NCBI GenBank assembly: GCA_965644265.1
Contig: OZ286459.1
Coordinates: 42,904,001 to 42,968,000, forward strand
Length of the DNA stretch: 64,000 nucleotides
Source: Glycera tridactyla
Taxonomy: Eukaryota
Direction: 5' to 3'
This document shows positions 12,188-25,440 of the stretch, piece after piece (positions within the stretch are counted from its first letter, which is position 1; the number at the start of each line of letters is the position of its first letter). Both the position numbers and the translations under genes were made by a program. Below the pieces are notes generated by a model that worked only from the letters and a program-made list of their open reading frames with translations, was not told the DNA's origin and made no database searches.

Positions 12188-15100
12188 TAACAGAGAATTC
12201 TGTCAGAATCATAAGTTTGCCCGTCAATACCAGCCAAGGAGTGCCCTGAAAAAGCAGCGATATGGTGTATAGGAAGGCCCTTGAATGCAAAATGCAGCCC
12301 GTCTGCTTCAGTATTGATGATGAGAGGTGTGTGTTATGGTGTGCACAGGCATGCAGTGACGGCAAACTGGAGCACATTTCAGACATTTCAATCATCACCC
12401 AGCATATTGTTGGTTAGAGGTCAAATAAATGATAGAGCCCAGAGGGTGGCTTGTGCTTCATAGCAAGTGATTAGTATGTAGTCACAGATCATACAGTTGG
12501 AGGTAGGTGGGATGCACTGGTGCTCTACAGCTGTTCTAGCTCACAAACATACCAATATGAATGTCAAGAGTGAGTGAATAAACACCAACCTGACTTACAA
12601 ATCAGCCGTTATGATGTGGCCTAGAAGAATGCCTGTGATATTGAGGGAGAACAGCTCTAACTATATATTCATGGAAAAATTGGGTAGAATTCGTCAACTT
12701 GAATATTATAGCATGTCAAATGACGTGACATTTCTCCATCACAGGAAAATTACACGAATTCAGAGAAAAATCAATGCATATCTCAATGAAATGAGTGCAG
12801 AGGAACTGTGTGACCAGAACTAATTTCTAGATCGGTTTCAATACGTAGATAGAGTGAAAAAAAGAAAACAGTGTTGAGAGAGCTAGAGCAACAAACAGAC
12901 AGGCAGACAGACAGACAGACACACACACAGACACAAATCAAATAACGAGGAAATCATAGTTTTTGATGTCTAGATTTACTTTGTATTTCATCTGTATTCT
13001 AGGTCAGTAGTGGTGATATTGCGGCTGATTGTGAGAATCATGAAGGAAAGAATAAACCCCATTTACTCCCACAAATTTGGGAATTTAGAATTTGACTGGA
13101 TCAGTTGCTTGGAACTCAGAGTTTTTACCTCTATAAAACACCTCTAATATCAGCTGGGTGCAACCACAAGATGCTCTGGGTAGTACTGTTAGGCACAATG
13201 GGAAATGGCTCACTCTTTCTAAGAGGGACAGCACCCCTTGCTGGCAGAATCAATTAGAAATGCCTGTAGAATGTGAGGTAGCCCTGCATTACATGTACAT
13301 GCATAACCTTCTCTTATTGCTCTGGCAACACAGGAAAACTTCAACTGTCGATGACCATTGTACTCGTGAATGGGCAAGGTAGGAGAATGGCCAATGAATA
13401 ACAACTAAAATGTGGAAGAGGCCATGTAAGGAAACAAAATGGATGCATGCTTCACTGCAAGTAAATGTAGGCTCATAAATCACCTCGGAACTAACCACTC
13501 AGAATTCCAGGAGGAACTGATTAGATCTCCTGCAAGACCATCTGACAATAGACTGATAATGTAAGAGTGGTATCGGCCAAGAAAACACTTGAGTATGACA
13601 TACATAAAAACATGGAGAATATGACAGCCACATTCCACTTGGGAGAATGGAATGGTGAACCAGCCTCTCTATTTTACTCTCCTGCATTTGTCCAAATCGA
13701 AAATATAGAAAAACAGCCAAATAATCTATGAAGCTACATAAATCATTTGTATGCCAATGTTCACCCAGGGACCTTCCAGATTTTTGTGGAAATGGTTTGT
13801 AAGTATTCATGCTATTTTCTGCGAATTGAGGAAGAACTCCAGCAGTCAGGATGGACAGAAATTTATGAAACGCTTCACACGGCACAATTATGATTGATAT
13901 GACCTGAGAAATGCTTATAGGTAAAATATCTCTTTGATGCTGATCATGTGGCTTGAATATAGTTGCCACCACCACCAAATTTCACCAATCTTTTCTATTC
14001 AGAATATGAGCATACAATCTTGAAGGCTATATGGTTTGCTGTTGGTGGGGGCAAGATGGCGTTGTTCTGTCAATACCGTTCACAATAAATACATGGCTTT
14101 CTTATTTGATAACACATTTTCCATGTGACAGATAGAACTTGTTCTGGGAATATGCAAATTAGCATCACCAGGAGAGTGATGCTGGCCTTTCACACTCCCA
14201 AAGTTGTGATTCGAAGACTGCATTACGTCAGCAGGAGGCCATGGCAAGTAACAGCCCAATGAAGCTGCTCTTGATGTACATCTAGTGTTCCGACCTTCAC
14301 AATCACCTGACAACCTGACCCCAGCTGGGTAATTGTGTAATTTAGGCATAGTTTATTATCATGCAGGTCAAGTAATTCCCCCAAAACCTATACATTACAT
14401 TTTTTGTGTAATTATTTCTTGCAAATTGTCAAAGCTCCAATTATGCTGTGGATTTTCACACCAAGGCCACCTCTGTTTGAAATGCCTGTGCTGAAATTTT
14501 CTATTCTTCACATAAAGATCTACAAATACAATTATCTATGCACTCATTTTGCATATTCATTTCATCAAATTGTATCAGTCCAGTTGATTGAGAAATATGA
14601 CTGGATGCACATAAGTGTTCAAAATCCTTCAGTACTGAGCTGACTAAGACCTCTGGTCCCTGCTGTAAACCTTTGAGGGGGATGAAAACTGGCAGTTCTT
14701 GACCGATGCATGTGTCAATACTATCCAGATTTATGGTGAGTTTTGTAACATTGTTAACTCAGAGCACCATCATCACTAAATTATAATACAACATCAGTTT
14801 TTAAAGCATCGTAACCCTCTGAATCATGGAATTACAATTTTCAAATGTGAACTGGGGGCAAAAATGTACGGTCAGTCACACTTGGTATTTACTTTTTGCC
14901 TCCAGGAAACAAGGCAACAAGCTGAACAAAAAGACTGCACAGCATTGATTGATACAGCGTGGCATACATGAACTGTTGCCAATGGAGACATACTACTAAC
15001 CCTCCTGTGTCCAAATCAATGACATGACTCCCATTACCAACTCTGACAGACAATAAATGCCACCAAGAAGATAACATATGAATAAGTTCTCTCTTCCTCT

Positions 15101-15422
15101 CTGTTCCATAAGAATTGGAAAGTTAAATAAACTTAAATTAAATAAACTTAAATATCATCAAGAAGTGTTTGAGTTATATTATGAGCTACACGAAAATATA
15201 TTGAGAAAGATTATATGAAACGGACACTAAGAGAAGCTGTTGTCACTCTGAATACAACCTTCTTCCATTGATGACGCGATTGTGAATTCTCACATTTGTC
15301 ATCAGCTACATTGCGCGTGGTTTGAAGTTGTGCAGCGACGCTGTTTGTACGTCACAATCACTGGTCACGTGTCTGATGACAGCATGCTTCTTTGATGGTT
15401 AAGTCGCCTAGGATAACAAGTA

Positions 15423-15596
15423 CAGTGAGACCTGTGACGAGAGACTCCCCAACGAGAGACCACCTCCAACGGGAGACTGCGTTTCCAGGGCAGCTTTTCT
15501 ATTTGAAATAGTCAAATATACCTGTGATGAGAGACCACCTTTGAGAGACCGCTTTTTGGTGACATTTAGGGCGGTCTCTGGTCACATGTTTCACTG
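15423..15596. mobile_element. Same MITE family
   Basis: TA|CAGTGAGACCTGT...ATGTTTCACTG|TA. Confidence 0.85.
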
Positions 15597-18079
15597 TATA
15601 GATGTAATTTCCCACATATCTCTATATGACGACATCTGGCCCGTTTATCAGCCAAATATAGACCTATAGTAGCGAAAATTATTGGCACACATTCTTCACT
15701 CTTCAAAATAGGTCCTTCTCACATTTTCGCCGATAGAATCGTGAAAAACGAAGGTCACAAAAGAAGAGGAATTGACTGTAATGTTGTTGACGATCAATAA
15801 ACCAGTAATATATCAGATGATTTAGGTGGGTTCCATCACACATGGCCAATGGTTACTACAAAATAAAGACTACATGAAAGACATTCAAAACTTGGTAGCT
15901 TCTCATACAAGTTCAGCCTCAACCAGGAGGTCTCCTGTCACACAATTAGAAGTTCATCCACTGCCATTTGCAGCCAGCATTTCAGATGAGGTGAAGGCAC
16001 ACCTGTTGGATGCATGCAGATATATGCTGCCTACATAAAACAACATCCGTCAGAAGCTGGAATCTGCCAGATTAATTCCATACTCTTGGGCACATGTTAG
16101 AATGTGCCAGATTTTCCATCATAGGATTCTGAGCTGGCGCAGTGTAGTCTCATGCTGAGATGCCTAATTTGTCACAAAGTGTGAAAGGGCACAACACCTT
16201 ATTGGACGCGATATCCGTCTGTACATCTGGTCACCCTCCCGAATCCAGGGGTGAGTGAATATGATTCTGGACAAGTGAGAAGGCTTGATGTTTCAGTATG
16301 AACACATATTCAAATGACTACTCTTATCTTTCAAGTAAAAAATGAATGATCAAACTAGATGCACTGAGTGAGTGTGAATGACCCACTGATTGCATGCTTG
16401 TCACAGGCAGAGTGAACAAGTGAAGTGAGATACATGAACAGTCAATGACCTTGAAATTCAGAATGACCAATTCAAAATCAATCAGTGTCTTGCCATGGCC
16501 TACAAGAGTCTGTCCACCAAGTTTGAAATGGTTAGCCAACAAACTCAAGTTGTTGTCCAGAAACTATTCTGACCTTTTTGCACTTGGTGACCTTGATACC
16601 CAAGATGGCCAGCCAAAAACTGATAGGTCTCTTACAGGGTCTTAGCTGATCGTACCTACAATGTTTTTGTGTGATATATCAGTACCTCAAACTTTTCGAT
16701 TTATCATCCAGGAACCTTCATTCGCCCACCCATTTCCTCCATCCAACCACCCACCCCTAGGTCAATTTGAAATCATAATGCCCTAACAGTATTTTGACAG
16801 CATGGGGCATAATTTGAAAGCAATAAATTATTTGTGCAGAAACAATGCAGCCATCATTTCATCGCCAAGAATAAGCCGCATTCCTACAATAAATAAAGTC
16901 TTGCCTGTCTTAAGCAGCCACTTTCCTAAGCAGCCAACTGCCCTAAGCAGCCGCTTTTTGAATTCCCAAATCGTCATCTTTATGATGGCTTGAATAATCA
17001 CTGATGATGGCAGTAATGGTAGGTAATGGTGGCATACATTATTTATGCTGATTTGTGCATGATTTCAGCTTGTTGGCCTTATTTTCAACTGACTCAAATT
17101 TGGGAGAGTAAGTTTTTCAAAGCACTTATAAAACTGCCTCCACTGCATTTGGGGATATTATAAATCGAGAATGATTTTTCTAAAGCACTAACAAAACAGC
17201 CTCCCCAGCCTATCTCTTTCATTCTCCTACATGGGTTGATTCATGGCCAGATAGGTGTCTTTTGTATGTATATTCTCCATGAGCTAATCTCCAACATCTC
17301 AGTGTCCGAACATCTAAGCTCTTTGTTCAGAGTTTGCCATTGTGCTGTCCTGGAATTTGAAATTTGAGCAGTATGACATCACAGGAATGAACAAATTGAC
17401 TGGAAGATCTAAACCCTCAATTTAGAGAACCCTCCTGGAACGCCAAACCCTGCGTCGGCTGAGCCGCGTCAATGGCAGTAAACTAAGTATGACATCACAT
17501 AGCTAATGCACAGCCAGACAGACAGACAGACAGTAGGGGGGGGGGGGGGGGGGTGAAGGGGTATATGTATGCTGATGAATACCAATGGAATTCTTATTGC
17601 CTTGAGCATCCAACCCACTTACAGAGGCGAATAGGATGCAGTATGACCTATTCCACAAGTCTTGAAAATCTGGCCTGGTTTGCGTGCAAACTGCATACAG
17701 TAATCTGCTGGAGCAGCAGTGATCTGATAAAGGGCATGGGAGTTGCTGGTATTATCTCACCGTCAACCTACACCGTCAACCTACAGTCAACCTACAGCAA
17801 TCCACTCATCCTGCGGCACAATAATCCAACAGCATGGCTGGAAAACTTCAATCATAAGAAACCGAAGCTGTCTCAGCAACCACAGCAGTAACAGCAGCAG
17901 TGCCAACTCTCTCAGCACCAACTGCTACACTTGGCCAGCTCAGTCATATCTTGACTCAGTCTCTTCTGTGATGAGCATGTTCTCTTCCAAAATGCAGGTT
18001 CCTCTTTCCAGCTGATGACCTGGGATTTGAGGGTTACCATGCATGACTTCTCTACAAGACATGCTCCACATGATTTAAT

Positions 18080-18420
18080 GTCATGAACCTGCTTTTCTAT
18101 TTGCATTCAGATTACATTCTACATGTCGCATCATAAAGCGCTGAGCTAATAATCATTGTTTACACTAAAACTGGTTTTTCATCAAAAGAAATCATACGAC
18201 AGGTTATGGGTCGCCCTCTTGAGAAGTTTACCCATAACTGGAATGACTGATATTGGTCTGTAATTTCCAGAATAATTTCTATCCTTATTTTTGAAAAGCG
18301 GTGTGACCTTGGCTGATTTACAAGCATGAAGAATTACATGGCCATTTATGAAATGTGTGATCAGCTTGGCAATTAAATCAGATGCATATTCATAAAACAC
18401 TTACCTGTTGCCTTGGTGAT
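18080..18420 (-). mobile_element. CR1/L2-clade LINE RT relic
   Basis: KSAKVTPLFK....GNYRPISVIPVMGKLLKR in ORF 18182-18400. Confidence 0.8.
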
Positions 18421-20810
18421 ATTCATTGATCCAAGTAATTCCAGCACTTCTGACTCATTTACTGTTCAAAGAGGGAATAAATTCTTATTTGAGATCAATC
18501 TGGGTAGTTCTCAGGTTACAATATGTACCTGATTAGCAAATTAAGCACCATCTGAACAGAACATAGTCTAACCTGCTCTAGTAACCAACTCTGTATTCCT
18601 CACATTCCTCCATCAAGTCATCTTAATGCCACCCCTTCTAATGACTGCCCTGGCCAGCCACCATTCTCCGTACCCAAGATCGGGAGATGTGTACATCCAG
18701 GTCTCTACCCTTAATTTGTCACTGTTTTTCTTTCTCAGAAAAAGTCCTCCATATCTCTTTAAATCATCATTTCAGCGCAAGAGATCATCTTCTGGAACCC
18801 ATGTACACATCATATTTAAAAAATGTGATTCATACAAGTTTTGTTTACTCATCCAGGTATACGTTCTTTGTGATGTTAACAGTAGTGGCAGACATGGACT
18901 CACTCTTCGCACCTGATGAACAAATTTATCCCTGTGTTGGTGATCATATCGATATTTCGTCAATTCTGGCAGTAGGACAAGTAAATACAACTGACAAACA
19001 TTGATCTGGTGATATTTATTGATAATGAGACCAAATTCATCTTTGCTTGCAGGCGGAAAGATGATGGTGGCATTCTTGTCAACTGTCACTTGCCAGCCAA
19101 GGAAGTATGTGAATGTATTTTTCATCAGAACCTCTTCATAGCGGCCACCTCTTGATAATAACCACTTTTACATGCAACCAGGGGTAGGTGTCATAGACAG
19201 GTTCAACTGTAGAATTAAGTTTATTTGCAATATCAAACTCAGAATTTCTCCCTGTTCCCCTCATTTTCACTTGGAGCCTGATTCACAAATTCTTGTTTCA
19301 AATTTCTTCAGAATCTTTGTATGTTCTGTATAATTCAGATCTTGTTCCTTTATATTACTCTTTCATGATTGTGATCTCTAGCATCACAAATAGTCTTTGT
19401 TGATATATGCATATAGGGGTCCTCTTAACTTCATGACTCTGAAAGAAGCACATTGGTCGAATTACCGTACATCCATGAACAAGGTTTTAAATCTTTCCGA
19501 AGCATCATCTGTAATGCTCATATTGATAATGGGCAACCAGACAAGTGGTGTCTGAAAACTTCAAGTTCAAAACGCTGGGATGATCTTAGTTTGATATACC
19601 ATGCCTTGAATTTGTTTTTCATGAGATCCCTCAGAAAATGGATGAAGTCATGATCACTACAGCCAACTGGAATAACAACTTGTCATGGCAACAACGTCTT
19701 CCCTGTTTGTGGACAATACATCACCGCAGATGCTACTGTACTCTGTCAAGTCCAAATATGGCGGGAACGTTTCAATCACTCCGGTCATCAAATCTCATCC
19801 GATTTTAGTTTCAATTGCACAAATTGATTGTGTAAAGCTCATGGCGATCATCAAACCTGGTTTTGGTTATTCTGCTTGCATTTGGAGAGGAATTGCCATC
19901 ATTTCATTGCATTTCTACAGTGAATATTCATATGTGAAACAGTGGAGATATGGTTGTTGCACAAGCCATAAATTCAGCTTGAAATTGACATATTCGGCAT
20001 TCTGTGCTAAAATATTCGGAGAGACTGTATTTCTAGTCGCCGTAAACGTAGATGCTAAGGCAAAAATGTACCCGCCATGATTGAAGTAGACAGAATTTAC
20101 CACTCTGGTAGGTAAATGAATCAGTTGGGCCAGGTTGTAGTTGTGCAGATGGAGAAAATACCTGAATAGTCCAAATTCCCTTGAGTTTTTTGGCTAAAAT
20201 GTTGATCTTGACAGTGCACTCCAACTCATATGGGAATATTTCACATCATATTTCTATTATCGGTAGATCTAATTCCAATATTGTCTCCTGACAATACATT
20301 CATATGACTGGCTTTGAAAGGTCTGAGTGGGGAGGAGTATTTTCATCATACTATATGGAATATATGTTAGCATCACATGTCAAAGCTTCTATCTCATGAA
20401 CTAATCCATCATAAGGAGGAAATGCTGCACTGTAACCCTAGTCTAACACCAGCACTGTAGTCTTCCATGAGTTTATACCAAAACTGGAAACTAGACTACA
20501 TGTACCTGCAATACCAAATAAATGAATATCATCACAATATCAACACATGGACCAAATACAAGTGAAATCTGTGACTTATCTATGACTGTAGTCATAAGAA
20601 TAAGGTGGTAAGTGTAGATTTAGTCAACTATTTTGTAATTCTTTGAAAGACTCATAGTAAAAAATTTCCATGAAATTCACCTTTGACTTTGTCTTGCCCT
20701 CAATATTAAAACTGAAAAGCTTTGACTCACTCATCTCAAATGATGGCATGATTCCAGCTGCCATCATATCAGTAATCTACAACTACTGTATGTAAGTCCA
20801 CTAACACCAT

Positions 20811-23800
20811 TAGTCCAGTGGATAGGCTCCAAAAAAGGGCATGTTTGTGCACTTTTGGAAACAAGTACCAAACTTGGCACACTTGTCCACATAACCAAAC
20901 TGAATCATTCTGGATATAGAACCAGGTTGGCAAATCCCTATATTGATGATTTCTGCCACTACGTGGCATTTTGCAGGCTTTTCATGGATCCAGACAGTGT
21001 AGGCATTTCAATAATTGGAATATCTCTGCAGCAATTGCATAATTGTCTCATGGGTTCTAGGGCCAGACTACAGACAACCTCTACGATCATTAGAAATACT
21101 CTTGGCAAATTCCCATATTGACAATTTCTGCCACTAGGTGGCGTTTTGCAGGCTTTTCATGGATCCAGACAGTATAGGCATCTCAATGATTGGTATATCT
21201 CTGCGGCAATTGCATAAATTGTCTCTTGGGTTCTAGGACCAGACTACAGATAATCTCTACAATGATTAGAAATACTCTTGGCAATTCCCTATATTGACGA
21301 TTTCTGCCACTACGTGGCATTTTGCAGGCTTTCCATGAATACAGACAGTATAGATATCTCAATAATGGGTATATCTCTGCAGCAATTGTATAAATTGTCT
21401 CTTGAGTTATAGGACCAGACTACAGGCAATCCTCAATAATGATTAGAAGACTGGTTTTAATATGATATTTCTGATCAGATTTCATAATTTCCCAATAAAA
21501 ATCTGTCATCAACCTGAGATAGCCGCAATCGAATCCTCATTCATATTTGGAACTGAAACACTATGAAGAAGATGACATTCAAAATATTCATATAAGAGGT
21601 CTACATTTATTTGTCATATTGAATATTGATGTGATTTCAAGTAATGAATAGCCGGTCATATAGACTTTGCAAGTTCCATGAGAAGTCATTTGAGGTAAAC
21701 CTGATATCTTTCGAGCATCTAAGGGATGTTCGTTGCATTTATCTTGTTATCATACTCCTAAAATCATTCAAATGTCACATGAACAGCACATCCAGTCTAT
21801 CAGTACTGAATATGGTGGGTTGAAATGTGTGTTTGATATGGGGTTTTTGAAGGCAGAGGTTTAGAGGCCTGAATAGACTTTTCCCAGACCAAGGACAGCC
21901 TCTGCATGTAGGCATATCTGTGACTGATAGCACCACCTGGTGGCAATGACAGGCATCATTCCATTTTGTGGGATACCAGGATTCAAGTTGATCTTTTGAT
22001 TGAATCATCCTTTTCCATCAGTTGTCAAGTACTCTCATGAGAAATCAAATGAATAACATACTGAGTATATATGATTGGAAGTATTTCATGAAACTGATCG
22101 AAAACCCATACATTTTTTTCTTGCAAATTCATCTTGGAAAATCATTTGGTACAAGTGATCATCAAATCAACTGATTTAAAAAGCATCAAATCATCTCCAA
22201 ATTCACCAGAGATATTTATTCAATCTTAGAGCCTTGGCCATATTATCAATGGTTGTTTTAACATTACTCACTGATACATTCATTTCATCAGGAAATATCC
22301 AAGCTATGGAAGTAGGTATTTGGGGCAAAATGTTGCTGCTTGAATGCCGGCTCAGCTGAGATTTATTGTTCTGCAAATTGAATTCAAGTAATACTTTGTC
22401 TTGTAGTACATGGATCTAGGGATAAGATGGGCTACACAAATTCTGTTCTTCATGGTGATATGTCACCATACCTGTATTTTTCCAAACTGATTCTTAGCAC
22501 ATGCTAATTAGAGGTATCATGAGAGATCCCTGTGAATTGAGTTGTGCATGTACGCATTTGCCTGAAATTCCCATAAGGACAGTGGATACTGATGTGTTTG
22601 TCCTTGTAATTGGCCATTTTGATAGACTCAATGCTGAGGAATTTTGGCTAGCTTTTGGAAGTGAAAAAAAATTATGATACATTGCAGCTCATCAAATTGC
22701 CAATGCTCTTGGTATCCATTACCATCTGCTTTTCATTCACTTCCTGGACATGACACTCTATCTGTCTTCCTAGCCAGAGGACAGAACAAAACAGGGGATG
22801 TATGGAGAGTGTATCCAGGAGTGGCAGTTGCCTCACGAGACCGGAGCACAAATATGGACTGATCAAATAAAGAAACATTTAGCTTGCTATTGATTGGTGG
22901 TTTCGTTGTATGTCGGTAAAATGCAAAAAGCTCATATGAAAAAGGTAGCTTCAAGTGTGACAATCTGCCCCAAACAAAAGCTGCTTGAGGGCAGTCACTG
23001 GCAGCACAGATAGTACTCCCGACACTATGATGTGGGGATGGCAAAGAAAGGAGAGTGGATGGAGCCAATGTCGACAAGACTTCCTTCTGCTTCCAAGGGT
23101 GTTGACTAAAAAATGTTGTTGCAAGATGGGATGTAGACCTTCTGGTTGCTGTTGGCGTGCAGTTCATAGATGCACTGTTGTGGTCTTGTACTTGTACTTA
23201 TAAAGTGTGATTGATTGTTAATGACACTCTTCCTTATGAGTCCCAGTTTTATTGAATGAAATTGATATTAGCCACATAATGTTTTATTGGTGTCATGATG
23301 GTGTCATCATTCTGAAAATGCAAATGGTATATGATGTGTTGGATGTGTCATTGTTATGCAGTATAGATACTTTATAAGCAGGACATGTCCTATTTCATTT
23401 GATGTGCATATGATCCTGTCCATACTTATTTCTGGAGTCATTGTGTGCATGGCTTTTTGGTTGAGTTTGTCCTTTCAACCACCTTGATTAATATCAGACA
23501 GAAAAACAGGAAAAGCTGACGAAAACTGAAAATGTGAAAGAAAAGAGGCACTGCTGCCGGGGGCCATCCCTACTCTCCATTCATACTCTTCGCAAAAGAC
23601 AGTGTTTCTATTATGTATATGCAGGAACAGGCGTCCATACACATGGCCAGCCTTTGATATCCCAGTCGGCATGCACTGTTAATGTGATGTTTGAATAATA
23701 TGAGTATGATACCAAAATTAATGTGATGGACATATCCCTCAGATGCTCAAGAATATCGGGTTCACTTCAAATAACTTCTCATTAGACCAACTTGCTAGTT

Positions 23801-24861
23801 TATATGACTGGCTATTTGTTACTTGAAATCACATCAATACTTGATCTCTAAAAGATGACAAATCAATGGATTATTTGTAGGAATTACTTGTATGTCATCA
23901 CCTTTATCTTGTTCCAGTTTCAAATAAGAATGCTAATTTGATTGTGGCTATCTTGGGTCAATGTTTCTATCAGGCTTGAGTGTTAGCTTCCAGCCAGTTA
24001 CATAGTTAGATATGCCATCATCAGGTTCAATATGTCTTTTTTGTAGAGTTAGAGTTGGTAGGGGGGTGTCTGAACCATCAGCTACTTCCACTTGACAACC
24101 TTCCAGGTTCCCCATCATCTTGTGTTCAGGGTTTGTGACAGTGATGTCTGCAGGGGAGAGACCATCTAGCTTTCATTAACCTGGAACACACGGCATACAT
24201 AATCCTGTGGGTTGATACATGCTGTTAAGCCTCAAACAAACAAACAAACAAACAATCATGTGAAAAATTGTGAAATCTTACCAGAAATATACTATTGAAA
24301 CCCCACAGAATATTCCATGAGTCTTACTAATCATTGTAGAATTAACGGAAAGCCTCCAAAATGCCACCTAGTGGCAGAAATCGTTGATATAGGGATTTGC
24401 CAAGAGTCCTCCTGATCATTGTAGAGATTGTCTGAAGTCTGGCCCTAGAACCCAAGAGACAATTTATGCAATTGCTGCAGAGATATACCAATTATTGAGA
24501 TGCCAATACTGTCTGGATCCATGAAAAACCTGCAAAACGCCACCTACTGGCAGAAATCATCATTATAGGGATCTGCCAAAAGTATTTCTCATTATTCTAG
24601 AGATTGTCTGTAGTCTGATCCAGGAACCCATGAGTCAATTTGTGCAATTGCTATAGAGATACACCAATTATTGAGATGCCAATACTGTCTGGATCCATGA
24701 AAAGCCTGCAAAACGTCACCTAGTGGCAGAAATCGTCAATATAGGGATTTGCCAATGTGGTTCTATATCCAGAATAATTCAGTTTGGTCATGTGAATAAG
24801 TGTGCCAAGTTTGGTACATGTTTCCAAAAGTGCACAAACAATGTGCTTATCCACTGGGCTA
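20811..24861 (+). mobile_element. Academ-like DNA transposon, decayed, with long tandem-repeat TIRs
   Basis: Termini TAGTCCAGTGGATA...TATCCACTGGGCTA with a CAT 3-bp duplication on both sides. The TIR arms (about 20811-21445 and 24352-24861) are inverted arrays of a ~175-bp unit. Internal frameshifted coding relic at 22573-23200 (IRTVDTDVFVLV..EFWLAFG; FHSLPGHDTLS; KCCCKMGC..C) resembles the XPG/H3TH plus Cys-rich C-terminus of Academ proteins. Confidence 0.8.
23975..24255 (+). mobile_element. SINE-like repeat ending in (CAAA)n, nested in the Academ element; relatives at 29140-29275 and 53735-53855
   Basis: Shared segments CCAGTTACATAGTTAGATA and CAGGGTTTGTGA.AGTGATGTCTGCAGGG...TTAAGCCTCAAACAAAC. 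Confidence 0.6.
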
Positions 24862-25109
24862 CATATGGGTCATTGACGACAATTGCACTATGTTTGTGAG
24901 TGTGACAAAACGGTGATATGAGAGTCAATGTAGCTCCACAATTTCACCGTTCTTAAGACACGGTGAAGCCCATTATGACAACCATGACATCACAAACATC
25001 ATCACATACATAACATTTCTAGCTCTTACTTGAAAAACAAATGAGAACAAATCTGTGTAGTGGGGACTGACAGGGCTAGTCCAACTTCTCATGGGCACTG
25101 AGTCTGATG

Positions 25110-25440
25110 ACATTAGCAAATGTACTATGACAATGTTCACAGAAAGTGGTGTGAAAATTGTCCGTAGAGTAGAACAATACTAATCACGCTGGTCACAGTA
25201 TTTCTCTGGAGAATGCCACCATCTTAACCAGAGAACAAGAATGGACCCTACGTAAGGTTTACAGAGGCCATTTACATCAAACTGTGCCACCCATCGATGA
25301 ACAGGGACCAAGGATACATGCCCCCTCCGGTCTACAACCTCCTCCGGAAACCTGAGCAGCAGTTTGACGCCGTTGATCAAGATCCAGAGCGGTCGAAACG
25401 TCGTGATCGTTTCAGCACATCGTTCCAAACGTGTGATAAT
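25110..25440 (+). mobile_element. Penelope-like element 3' relic
   Basis: EAIYIKLCHPSMNRDQGYMPPPVYNLL (PLE GIY-YIG tail), followed by a decayed hammerhead-like motif at 25373-25402. Confidence 0.75.

Noticed and set aside
13499-13978. 159-aa ORF as a host gene
   Set aside because: No recognisable motif or splice context; probably the antisense of an unidentified TE relic.
14889-15077. SWIM-like fragment (VIDLDTG...WQQ) suggesting a MULE transposase
   Set aside because: The cysteines and histidine of the motif are missing.
23475-23672. RTE-like fragment (ISKAGHVYGRL) inside the Academ element
   Set aside because: Single short motif, unverified.
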